DNA of 64,000 nucleotides from Thecamonas trahens ATCC 50062 (Eukaryota > Protista > Apusomonadida). Numbering within the stretch: the stretch's first letter is position 1; each line of letters starts with the position of its first letter. The position numbers and the translations under genes were made by a program. Under the pieces are notes generated by a model. The model was not told where the DNA came from. It saw only the letters and a list, made by a program, of their open reading frames with translations, and made no database searches. Below are positions 41,301 to 51,813 of the stretch, in pieces. Location: the NCBI RefSeq assembly GCF_000142905.1, contig NW_013657651.1, positions 62,001 through 126,000 on the forward strand. The letters run 5' to 3'.

Positions 41301-41524
41301 GCGACGCCCGCGCCGCCTTTTTCGTCGTCTCGGAAGTCGCCGGCCTCGTCCGCGCCGTCTACTCGGCAGACCCAGATCGCGCTGCAGCCTGGCTCCAGCA
41401 CCACCTGTTTGAGAATCAGGCCCACGCAAACGCCTTTCCGGACTTTATGGAGCGGCTCGCCAACGCGTCCGACAAAAAGTGGTCCGCCTACTTTCGCAGA
41501 GTCCTCAACGAGCTGCGCTCGTAA
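38336..41524 (+). CDS. XPOT: Exportin-T (tRNA export receptor, Los1)
   Basis: HEAT-repeat protein with RHFCLSLL, YVLGKLAQVVV, IIDNDIRRS...ILKHMRE, WVDAHLVVTD and ELVSKGMPPAEKLALIQSL. Confidence 0.85.
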   Translation: METAAMFDAAVETLMPSGGENGTQAMLGLASPPAARKDALAYLQTLAGSHEMWNLALYRVREPDGLPAARHFCLSLLADRLDLLVADGDADGLARAPLDKLVGVAMDQVAPNGVLCPGYVLGKLAQVVVAAVKARAALQGPEAFVDGLFASLLLPALKTDEPAMVAFFLVACKEMHQAIIDNDIRRSNPDAALCSAILKHMRESGLAAALVDAILHIADAHGHDSSLVALALEVLAEVTAWVDAHLVVTDEVLSLLYAQLLSTPRGATAQAIDALEELVSKGMPPAEKLALIQSLALPALLDGMALSPHTPPDSHEFDVVVALAGLVKACVLTLCSSWFKMVRDEANLATDDDHLTASYLRDAIFECLQISLAFAAADAPEIVAHTVAGATDFVSRFKRAAASGPITASLILDGNMASLLVALLELVSIKSRLPPGYTPHDPENTHSGPCLSILVDESSIEAFRASLLSLFKNAAGLSPMLTMAWLRTALQAGLCDPDRAIVAEPLVGMFYALGHVLQVEFASAVAGEATPGIGRHAQLPTLDGIIAAAENTRHGLALGDAGDVGAVFLIDTFLDIIDADLLADDDLALKRAMYEVLARYCPLLSHAGNSVAPVFLSLLDKGGIQCGHPSLVPRFGALVVKLATELTHQLAAHLDVILNTVLLLLVPSSIDEVSPAAPAVAEAVGILLVHNESSLSDDARHSVLDHLLDGLCSLIESVVGNASNGALSSDDAADVVTHFVFVAASLSKAITAASGLGHHFMSAYERILSAVWQLGMLTPPLTSKVFSFVHCMVDTLGDGVLSGLNPLATMFLTLPEAYDSDAVTSVALFIGLLNQLVARFKDAVVPVAADILPRAVAAVETAAASSPSGHYGHRAAHGVLSEYDREVDGLTRAALAWLVTMFTHGVAEQVFSVAAASSDDVVALLTTLAAVARPGGTQCRRALFQLARAVTSTWLTPGSSSLAGIDSFVYDTALSLGFSIVLDPAFDMSDARAAFFVVSEVAGLVRAVYSADPDRAAAWLQHHLFENQAHANAFPDFMERLANASDKKWSAYFRRVLNELRS

Positions 41525-41534
41525 ACCCGCTGTC

Positions 41535-43945
41535 TCACCCCATGCCAAGCGTCGCCCGCAGCCGCACCACACCCGGCTCGCCGACCGGCCAGCTGGCATC
41601 GGCGGCAAACGCCCGGACCGGCGCCCAGTCGGCCGCGCTCACTGGCGAGCCGACCACACCCGGCTGCCAGCCGGGCGGAAGGACGAGAATCATCTCCAGA
41701 GCCCGCTCCGCGGCGGTCCCAGGCGCGCTCGCCCTCACGCCCTCCAGCGCGGGTAGCAGCCGCGTGTGGATGTAGCTGCCAAAGAGCGTGCGCGCGAGCG
41801 ACGCCCTTGTCAGTGGTCCCTCGCGCCACGGCACGAACCCATCCCACGACGAGATGAGCCGCAGCGCCTTGAGGGCAAGCTGAAAGTAGTGCGCAAAGAC
41901 GGCAGCCATGCCAGGCGTCGCGTACATGCCAGGCGCGCGCGCCAGAGGCGGGAGCGGCGTCGCCGATGGCTGCACCATAAGTAGCATGGCCGACTTGAGG
42001 GCGCTGATTAGTGGCTCGAGCGTCGCTGTCGGCGCCGCCGCCTCAGACCCACCGAAAAACTCGGTGACCAGTGCCAGTGCGTCCTGCAGCGCCTGGTTAA
42101 ACTTGCCCGAGAGCAGCGCCCACCGCCACGTCGTCCGCACCATTTTGGTCAGGTGCGGCACGAGGTGCGCCGCAAGGAGGTCCGCCAGCAGCGCCTCGTC
42201 GTCGGGCAGGCTCCCGGTGGTGCCAAACTCAAAGACTGGCTCCAGCCACGGCAGCGCGTCCTCAAGCGACGCACCGCGATGCGGCTCCCAGCCCAGGAGC
42301 GACGCCCGCACAAACGGCGCCAGTGCCGTCCGCAATGCCAGAGAGCCAAAGGCGTCGCGGTACGCCCCGGCATGCTCGCGGCGCCAGTTGGCAAAGACAC
42401 CGACAACCGCCTCCGCTGAGCCAAACTCAGGCGTGACGTTGGCAAACGGAGCGGCGTCGGAGGGCGGCGGCGGAAAGCTGGCATCGGCACTCGCCTCGGC
42501 GGCATCGTCGTCCGAAAGCCACGGGTCGGCTGGCAGCGACGTCGTCGCCAGTGCCTGCAGCCGTGCGGTCCGCGCCTCAGCGGTAATGACAGTGTCGGGC
42601 GCGAGAAACACCGGCCGTGCTGCATCGACGTGCTCCGAGGTGAGCGCAAAGACCCGTCAAGAAAGGCCAGCGAGGCGCGGGTGTGCCGATCCCGGGCCTG
42701 TGCACTGAGCGCAGTCCAGTAAGCGGCCTCGGCCTTGTCGACTAGCGGAAGTTGGGCCACTAGGCAGTCGCCAAGCTCGACCACAAACTCGCCGAGCTGC
42801 TGCACAAAGGCGAGCCGGGAAGAGAGCTCCTTGATGGCTGCGAGCCGGTCGGCGAGCGTCGTCTGTGCGCTCTCGAGCGCGGCCCGGGACTGGGCCGCGG
42901 CATCAGCTGCGGCATCAGCTGCGTCCTGGGTACCGGCTGCCCGGGCCGCAATGCTAGCAAGCACGTCGCTGATGCTCGGTGGCGCGTACCGCTCGGGCAT
43001 GGCCAGATACAGCTCGGTCCGCTCAAGTGGAACAGCGGCGCGAATGGCGGCCGCGTCGGCTGCTCGCGAGGTGCCCTTGGCCACAATGGCAGCTTCGGCG
43101 TCAGGATCCAGGTCAAGCTGAGTGGCTTTAGCCGGCTTGGCACGGGCAGCGTTCTTGCCCGGCGCGCCAAAGGCAAACGAGTCGGCATAGTGCTCGCCGT
43201 CGAGAAAGGCCAGCTCATCAGCGTCAGTAGCCATATCCTCAGCCACCAGCCGGGCACCAGACCTCGCTGCTGCCTTGCTGCTCTTGGCTTTGGCCTCGTC
43301 TCCTTCTCCCAGCAGCGGGATAAAGTCGCCCTCGGCCACGCCAATCTGATCCGTCTCCTCCTGATCAGCCACCATCCTAGCCTGTCTCCTTGCGTCCCTC
43401 GCACGCTTGACAGCAGCCTGCGATTGAATGCCGCTCTCGTCACCCTCTACTGCGTCTTTGTCATCCCCATCATCATCGGCATCGCACTCGTCGTCGACCA
43501 CCACCCGCACCTTGGTCTCTGCCGCCAGCTCTGCCAGATGCTGCGCCGAATACGACGGCCGACCGATGGTGCCCGTCCCGTCCAACTTTCCCGCCATGGC
43601 CACCGCCGGCGATAGCCGCACCGTCCGCTCTCCTCCTACAGCGATGCCTCGCCGTGAGCTCTTCCCGCCCTTTCCGCCCTTGCGCCTCCTCGATGAGCCC
43701 ATGACCGACACAGCAGCAGCAACCGCATCTGTAGCACTTGCGCCCGTTGATGGTGGTGCTACCAAGCCAACGATGGACGATGACAGAGGTGACGATGACG
43801 CCGATGGTCCTCCCGCAAGAGTTGGTGCCTCCAGCAGCGTCTCGCCACCCAGAGTGTCCGAGGTACCCGAGGTGCCCGAGTTGCCCGAGGAGACGGTGGC
43901 AGTCGTCGTGCGGGCTGCCGCTCGTTTGCGTCGCTTCTTGAACAT
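41535..43945 (-). CDS. PAXBP1: GCFC/PAXBP1/Ntr2-like spliceosome disassembly factor; one frameshift at about 42654
   Basis: YSAQHLAEL, AVKRARDARRQAR, DFIPL, and FANVTPEFGS...FANWRREHAGAYRDAFGSLAL..ALAPFVRASLLGWEP. Confidence 0.8.
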
Positions 43946-44359
43946 AGTGGTGGTGGGGGTGGTGAGGGTGGTGTGGTTGGGGTTGGTGGCTTCGGAGAGG
44001 TTGACGGCCGAGTGCGACACGGCTGGTGAGGGTGGTGGCGGGACCGACTTGGGGTGAGTCTGCCACACGCCTGCTCCACTCGGCGACTCGGCGCGGCCAC
44101 AAGAGACCATTCGAGAGCTACGGATGATCTGATCCGATTCTGAGGTTTGCAGCCCATGATCTTGTGGCTTGGGGAGTGGGGGGGGGGGGGGAGGGGGGGG
44201 GCGAATCGTTTCCTCAGCCAGCCAGCCAATCTGGCGTCTGCTTCTCTCACCCCCGTCGCCGTCACCGACACCGACACTGACACCGACACCGACACAAAGA
44301 CCGACACCGATACTTGCACCTCAAGTCCAGCTCGTCACACTCGACCTACAAAGCTAACC

Positions 44360-47300
44360 ATGGGCATGAATGTAGTAGAGGAGTTTACGCATGCGGCACA
44401 CAACTTTTCCGTACGCTAGCCCTCCTGTGTCATGCAGATATGGTGGAAGGTGTGGTGTGTGTGTGGGGGGGNNNNNNNNNNNNNNNNNNNNNNNNNNNNN
44501 NNNNNNNNNNNNNNNNNNNNNNNNNNNNNNNNNNNNNNNNNNNNNNNNNNNNNNNNNNNNNNNNNNNNNNNCCTCCACCCTCTTCCCTCTTGCAGTTTAT
44601 AGATGTTTTTTGGCAGGGCCGGTAAATTGTTTTTTCGCAACCACCCCCTCTCTATCGCTGGCATTTACAAGCCTTTTTTTCCTCGTCTAGGGAGGAGGGT
44701 ATTCTTCTCAAGTAGGGGGGGGGGAGGGCCAAGAGCGCGCCGAGGATCGTTCGTGCCAGCGCCAAACTCACTCGACACCGGACGGACATGGCCGACGGGG
44801 ACCGCGACATCGAAATACCACAACAAACATCGGGCGCGCCAATGATGATGATTGCTACTGCTGTCATGTAGTCACCAGACTCATCAGCTTGTCAGGACTA
44901 CTTCCAGTCACTGAGAAGAGCTGACGACGCTCTGCAGATCTGTCAGCAGGTCCTCGATCAAGCTGGCGCTTCCTACCCAGTCGACTCGCTTGTGATCTTT
45001 CATGCCTTTTCTACCCTCACCGCGGTACTTCCCAACCGTTGGCACATGCTCGAGGCTGAAGACCAAAATGGCTGGCTTAGCCTTCCGCTCGACTTTGTCC
45101 GTCGCCTCGCGCCGGATCGCTCGGCAAAGCTCTCGTCGTCCGCCCGCAGGCAGGCCATCGTCCTCCTCGCTGCCGTTCTCAAATGCGGCTGGCTTGACGC
45201 ATCCGACGAGCTCTGCATCTCTCGCATTAGCGTTTTGACCGAGCCGCTCCATGCCGCCTCGGGATCGCCCGAGGACGAGCTCCATCTCGAGATCCTCGTC
45301 CATGTCGTCGAGCAGTTCTCGCCGCGCCATGACACCACCCGCATCGGCCTGCCTGTGGAAGCCCACCTTGCCACTGCCGCTACCTTTCAGAACTTGGCCC
45401 TTCCGCGCATCTTCCACGCCGCCGGCTGCCTCCTCGACGTTTTAACGCTGCGCCCACGCTCGACTCGCCGCGGACCGTCATCCGCCTCGCCAATCTCTTT
45501 GAGCTTATCCTCGAGTGGAACTTTGACCTTCCTTCCATCGCCGCCGCCCCAGGCTCCTCGCGCGCACTGCAAACGTCGTCGTCGAGCTGCCCACTCCTCC
45601 CCCCACAAGAGTGGTGGGAGGTTATCCTCTGCGACCCGTTCATCACCGCCATCTTTGCCCTCTACCGCCGCTGCGCTGACGCTTCGCCGGCGACCCACCT
45701 CCGCAATCTCATTCTCCGCCTCTCCTCGCTAGACGTCGCAAGAATGGTGGCGGATGCAGGCTCCGACGTTCTCGCCTTTGCCGGCCACATCGACGCCCTC
45801 CTCCTCGCTCACATCTTTGAAATCCTTGCCCGCTCTGGGCCCGAGCCCGAGGTCCTCGCTATGGCCGAGGCCATCAGCAACGTCGTTGTCCATGGCACTT
45901 GGGCCACCCTCACCGCTGCGCCCGATGCCGAAGCTACCCTCGCCTCCATGTGCGAGCTCACGCGTTCGCTCCTTGTTGCCGCCTCAGGTGACGACCTTGA
46001 CGACGAGTGGCTCTTTGAGGCCTACGACCACCTCCACGTTGCATGGGTTCACATGGCCACCTCTACCGACTACTCCGACGCCGCGCCGTACCTCGCCTCG
46101 GTCACCCCGAGCTCTTCTCTGCATACATGGCCTTTCTTCTCGGCGCAAACAAGTCGCTTGAAGCCTTTGACGCCGACGCCGCCCTTGCCCTCGACCGCGT
46201 CGTTGACCAGATGCGCGGTCACGGCCTGCTCGCCCGCCTCGCCCTTGGTACCAACCTTGCTGCTCTTCGTGATTGCATCGACTCGGCGCTCGGCTCGCTC
46301 CTCTCTGCTCCGCACGCTTCCGAGGCTCTCCGCTGGTCGCTCTACATGCTCGCCTTTGTTCTCTGCGACGTGCCCGAGGAGTGCTCGCTGCCCATCGTTG
46401 CGCCCGCTCCGCTCGCCGCCACCGTCGACCTCACCTCGCCGTCCGGCTCGTCGCCCGCATCAGCTCGCCTCTCCTCTGACGTCCCGCTCATCCCTGACGC
46501 TGTCATTGCCGTCAGCTCTGGCTATGACGAAGAGCCCGACAGTGACCCGGTCCTCGGTGTTGCCTTTGCCGTCCTCGGCCTCCTCACCCAGCCTGAGCTC
46601 CTCGCCCGCCTCCCACTCTCCACCTCGCGTGCCATCCTTGCTTTTGTTGGCATCTGGGCCCGGACCTACGTCCTTCCGCAGCGGCAGGACTACGCCGCGC
46701 TCCCGAGCCATTTTGCCGCCGCCCTCTCGTCAAGTTCACTCGTCGAGTCGCTCGTCTCCGCCGTTGTCCTCCAGCTTGAGCTCTGCGGCTCGGCATGGCG
46801 GGTTCAGCGCGAGAAGCTCGGCCTCGCCGCCGCTGCCTCGCACATGCTCTCCTCGGTCATGGACTCGCGCCCGCTCGCCCGCGTCGCCCTCGCCGCGCCC
46901 TCGCTCCCGGCGCTCTACACAGCTTACCGTGCTGTCTGCGACGAGCACCCGTCGCTCGACCTGGCGCCGGACGCCGCCGCCACCTCGGTCGCCTTTCACT
47001 ACCACATGCACTACGCCCTCGGCGCCATGCTCGAGGGCGGTGTCGACCGCTCGGACCTCATTCAGCCAGCATTTGACCAGATCTGTACTCCGCTTGTTGC
47101 GCGTACCCTTGCTACCCTCGAGCCACCGCTGAACCTCAGAAACCTCGAGCCAGTCACCTCAAGCCTCCTCACCGAGCATCTCGCCTCCCTCCGCGGCATT
47201 CTCTCGGTCTCGGTTCCTGTCACCGCCACTCCGCTCGCCGGCCTGCTTACCGGCTCGGACCTTGGCGGCCGCCTCGTTGATCTTCTCGGTGCCGCTCTTG

Positions 47301-48256
47301 CCGCCATCGCCAGCCTTGGTGACGATGCCTCACCTCCTGCTGCCGACGTCTACGCAGCCATTGCCACCGACGTGGTCGCGGTCTTTGGCGCCGCCGCCGC
47401 CGCACAGCTCCCGCACTTGGACCTTGACGCCAGCTCGGATCTCTGCGCCACCGTTTTTCACGTCGTCGAACTCGCCGCGCAGTTCTGCGCCGCCGCGTCG
47501 GAGCTCCGCGCAGCCTCCGACGTCCTGCCCGAGCTCCTCGCCCTCGTCCTGGGCCTGGTCCACTCGGTCGGGCTCAAGGACATGTTCGATTTTGGCGGCT
47601 CTGGTGAGTCGCTCACAGACCTTGTCTGCGCCTTTGTCATGCAGGCTCTCGCGTCGCTGCTTCCGGTCATCGAGCCGAAGCACATCCGTATCCCTGGCCT
47701 CGCCGCCGCCGTCTTTGGCCTCCTCGAGTTTGCCTCCTCGCGCTGGCCGGCCGCCGTCGTCGAGCTCGACCCCCCTATCTTTGCCGCCTTTAACGCCATC
47801 GCCACCTACGGCCTTTACGACGCACACCAGCCGCTTCAGGCCAAGCTCGCGCTCGACGTCCTCTCCAACGTTCTCTTCTACCACGGCTCCCAGCTCGCTG
47901 CCGGTCGCGAGCCGCACCTCGGCCGGCACATCGACGCCAACCCGGAGCTCCTCACCAGCCACCTCCTCTCGCTTCTCCAGGCCACGCTTCTCGATGAGTT
48001 TGATATGAACCTGCTGCCGGCCGCCTCTAGCGTCCTCTTTGCCCTCATCTGTACCATCTCGTCTGAGTTTGAGGAGCTGGCCCTCTCGCTCGTGAGCTCA
48101 GTTGCCAAGCCGCATCTCCAGCAGCGTCTCATCGACGCGCTGCACTCTCTTGGCGACGCCATCACCCCACGCTTCGAGCGCGCCCACCGTCGCACTTTTG
48201 CTGCCGCCTTTAAGACCTTTGTCTATGACGTGCGGCCGTTTCTCTGCATCAAGTAA
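44360..48256 (+). CDS. XPO4: Exportin-4-like karyopherin; intron 44411-44871 and two frameshifts (about 45442 and 46107)
   Basis: Exon 1 MGMNVVEEFTHAAHNFS ends at a GTACGC donor, with a phase-0 TAG acceptor at 44871. Then QDYFQSLRR...ICQQVL...VIFHA, KCGWLD, VEQFS...TRIGLPVEAH, WARTYV and the C-terminus FKTFVYDVRPFLCIK. Confidence 0.8.
44472..44571. other. Assembly gap (100 N)
   Basis: Run of N inside the predicted intron. Confidence 1.
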
Positions 48257-48896
48257 ACTTGCTTAGTTTACTTGCCCAGCGTGCTCAACTCGCACCTTGC
48301 CGCATCGCACGATGGGTAGGGTTGAGCTGGTGCGGGTGGATCGGATAGCGTGCCGCAGGTGCGGATCTGAGCCAGAGAAGAATCGGCAGCATGTGGTGCA
48401 GTTGACGAGGAGGGGGGAGGGGAGGTTGTCATTTGACAAATGATGGACATCGATGAGCCGATGTTGCAAAAGGTATACGGCTGATCGTTGTGGGGAAGGA
48501 GGGGGGGGAAGGGGGGAGAGGGAGGGAGGGAGACCGGCCGAATCACATTGGGTCAGTCAGGCACGATTTCGGCAGAGTCACGAAGCTACAGACAGCCCGG
48601 ACGACCACCCGTCTAACCACCACATACCGCAGGCAAACAGAAAGGTAGAGTACGTGACATGCATGAGTGGATAGGACGTGGGAGAGGGAGGGGGGGGGGG
48701 GGAGGGAGGGAGGGGAGAGAGAGGGGGAGGAGGCGGTGGAGGTGAAGGGGGTGGTGGAGGAGAGGCTTCCATCGAAGTCGGACATGCGGTAGAAGGGGTG
48801 AATGGCGGGAGAGGGGAGAGGGCATTCGATGGGCTTCGATGACTTATTTGCTACAAAAAGAGTGCCAGGGAAAGGAGCAGGTGGTAGCAGGACATT

Positions 48897-51002
48897 ATGG
48901 CAGCAACAAGAACAACAGCTGCGTCGTCAGTTTTATCGTCATCATCATCATCAGCATCAGCATCAGCAGCCAAAGTAGAAGCAGAAGCGACATCATCATC
49001 TTTACAGTTGGGTGAGACCAAGGCAGGCCCAAAGCCGCTGATACAAGAGCCAGCAGTGATGACAGTCGACGATTCGGCGGCGCTAGATGCCATGGCAAGG
49101 GACTTTGACGAGTTTGGTTCCGACTCGGACTCGGACGATGGGATCGAGGTCGGTTCTGAGGCGCGACCGGACGGCGAGTGCGGCATGGCGCGGCCGCCGA
49201 CGGCGCTGCTCTCAGACGACAGCGAGGACGTGGCCGGGGTGGTGACTCAGGTACGGGCTGCGATGCTGGTGGGCCAGGGCGAGGCCATTGTGGAGGTGGG
49301 GGTGGACGCCGATGGCGCGGCCGAAGGCCTGACCATGGAGCAGCTGGAGGACGCGCTGGAGGTTCTCGAGGAGCGGGCTGCGACGGAACTGGAGGCGCAG
49401 ATGACGCGGCTGCGTGTGCGTGAAGTCGAGGGTGGGGCTGTGGCGGAGGTGCTTGTGCGCGCGCTGCCGAGCGCGGCCGAGTTTTGCGAGATCCGGGTGG
49501 CGGTGGTGGGCAACGTCGACTCTGGCAAGTCGACGCTGCTCGGGGTCCTCACACGGGGCAAGCTCGACGACGGGCGCGGTGCGGCGCGGTCGTGCGTGTT
49601 CCGGCACTCGCACGAGATCGAGTCTGGGCGGACGTCGTCGATCTCGCAGGAGATCCTGGGCTACGACGCCGGGGCGGAGATTGTCAACTACACGTTTGAG
49701 CGGACGCCGTCGTGGTCTGCCATCTGCGTGGCGAGCTCCAAGGTCATCACGTTCCTGGACCTCGCGGGCCACGAGCGGTACCTCAAGACGACGCTGTTTG
49801 GGCTGACCGGGATGAACCCGTCGTACGCGATGATGATGGTGGGCGCAAACGCGGGCGTGATCGGGATGACCAAGGAGCACATGTCGATTGCGCTTGCGCT
49901 CAAGGTTCCGGTGTACATGGTGGTGACCAAAATCGACATGGCGCCGCCCAACGTGCTGAAGCGGACGCTGCGCCAGCTCTCCAAGCTGGTCAAGTCGCCG
50001 GGCGCGCGCAAGGTGCCGATTGTGGTCAAGACCATGGACGACGTGGTGGTGGCGGCGCGGTCGTTCCTCATGCACCGCATCTGCCCGATCTTCCTCGTCT
50101 CGAACGTGACGGGCGAGAACCTGGACCTGCTGCGGGCGTTCATCAACCTGCTGCCCGCGCGGACTGAGTGGTCGCAGCTGACCGAGGCGCCGGCCGAGGT
50201 GTGCATCGACGACACGTTCTCGGTGCCGGGCGTCGGGTGCGTTGTCTCGGGCACGGTGCTTTCGGGCGGGGTGACTGCTGGTGACTCGCTACTCCTGGGG
50301 CCCAACGCCTTTGGCGCCTTTGAGCCTGTGACGATCAAGTCGATCGAGGTGCGGAGGCACCCGACCAAGGCGGTGACGGCCGGGCGGTCGGCCTCGTTTG
50401 CGCTGAAGAAGATCAAGCGGTCGGCTATCCGCAAGGGCATGCGCCTGCTCGCGGCCGAGCTCGAGCCGCAGGCCGTGTGGCAGTTTGAGGCCGAGATTCT
50501 CATCCTTTACCACTCGACCACCATCTCGCGGGCGTATGAGGCTGTTGTCCACTGCGGCAACGTCCGACAGGTTGCCAAGATCATCGACATTGTGTCTGCC
50601 TGCGACGCGACAGGCGCGCCGCTGGCCGACGCCGACATGCCGTCGGACGCGCGCGACCTTGTCCTTCGCACAGGCATGCGCGCCAAGGTCATCTTCCGCT
50701 TCCTCTACGCGCCGGAGTACCTACCGGTTGGCTCGCGGCTCATCTTCCGCGACGGTCGGACCAAGGGCGTTGGCCGAGTCCTCACCTGCCTCGCTGACCC
50801 GGTCGACGTTGGGCCCATCCGCCCGTCCGACCGTCGCGCCGCAAGCAAGGCCCGCGCCGCCAGCAAGCGCGTCGGCCGCCCCGCCGATGGCGCTGCTGCC
50901 GCCGGCACACAACCGGTCGCCACCGCCGGCAGCTCCTCGCAACGCCGCAAGAAGCGTGGCAAGAAGCAGAAGACTGTGATCAAGCCGATCTCAGTGGCAT
51001 GA
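48897..51002 (+). CDS. GTPBP1: GTP-binding protein 1 (translational GTPase)
   Basis: RVAVVGNVDSGKSTLLGVLT..LDDGRG, FRHSHEIESGRTSSI, DLAGHERYLKTT, TKID, and EF-Tu-like domains II/III. Confidence 0.95.
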   Translation: MAATRTTAASSVLSSSSSSASASAAKVEAEATSSSLQLGETKAGPKPLIQEPAVMTVDDSAALDAMARDFDEFGSDSDSDDGIEVGSEARPDGECGMARPPTALLSDDSEDVAGVVTQVRAAMLVGQGEAIVEVGVDADGAAEGLTMEQLEDALEVLEERAATELEAQMTRLRVREVEGGAVAEVLVRALPSAAEFCEIRVAVVGNVDSGKSTLLGVLTRGKLDDGRGAARSCVFRHSHEIESGRTSSISQEILGYDAGAEIVNYTFERTPSWSAICVASSKVITFLDLAGHERYLKTTLFGLTGMNPSYAMMMVGANAGVIGMTKEHMSIALALKVPVYMVVTKIDMAPPNVLKRTLRQLSKLVKSPGARKVPIVVKTMDDVVVAARSFLMHRICPIFLVSNVTGENLDLLRAFINLLPARTEWSQLTEAPAEVCIDDTFSVPGVGCVVSGTVLSGGVTAGDSLLLGPNAFGAFEPVTIKSIEVRRHPTKAVTAGRSASFALKKIKRSAIRKGMRLLAAELEPQAVWQFEAEILILYHSTTISRAYEAVVHCGNVRQVAKIIDIVSACDATGAPLADADMPSDARDLVLRTGMRAKVIFRFLYAPEYLPVGSRLIFRDGRTKGVGRVLTCLADPVDVGPIRPSDRRAASKARAASKRVGRPADGAAAAGTQPVATAGSSSQRRKKRGKKQKTVIKPISVA

Positions 51003-51579
51003 TGACGGCGGCCACCGCGCCATGAGTGGCGGCCATGTTGAAAATGAAGCCGTGACCAAGTTCCGCTACCTCGCGCACGCACACGGTATATCTAACTGTA
51101 CTCGCCTGCAGCTGAGCCCTTACAGAGCGAGAGTCCAATACACTTCAGCGACAGCGCGAGCAAGTAAAGCATGTACGCAGATAGAAATCTATGGATGGGG
51201 ATTGGGAGTTGGGAGGGGGAGTGTGCCACGGCGGAGGAGACCAAACAGAGTGCCTGAATTTTGCAAGAAAACCCAAGCAAACATCCACGTGGCCAAAGAC
51301 CACGGCGGGAGAAGAGACCGAGACCGAGGCGGCACACTCCTCGACGAACAACACAGTACGTTAGGCGGCATATCCAGGCCAAGGACCAACAGCCCCCCCT
51401 TTCCCCCCACACACACACCCTACACCACCACCACCACCCCTTTTCTACCTAATCCATCCCACCCCCACCCACCATCTCCACCATCCACTATCCCAATCCC
51501 CATCCCCTCTCCCTCCCCTCCCCTTCCCTCCACTCGGCGGGGATGGAATGACGTGGCATTGAGCCGCATCCACCGCTCA

Positions 51580-51752
51580 ACCACCACCACTGCCACCACC
51601 ACCACTGCCACCACTGCCACCACCACTGCCACCACCACTGCCACCACCACCACCACCACCACTGCCACTGCCACTGCCACTGCCACTGCTACCACACACA
51701 CACTCACACACATACACTCACACACACACACACACTCACACACATACACACA
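51580..51752. repeat. (ACC/ACTGCC)n and (CA)n microsatellites
   Basis: Seen directly in the leader of the ACL gene. Confidence 0.9.
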
Positions 51753-51813
51753 CTGACTCACCCCACCACCACCCCCACCCCCTCACCTCCCCCCCCCCCC
51801 CCCGCACACAGCT

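Noticed and set aside
38336-48256. Two exportins close together as a functional cluster or tandem duplicate
   Set aside because: They belong to different ancient subfamilies with no visible sequence similarity; proximity is plausibly chance.
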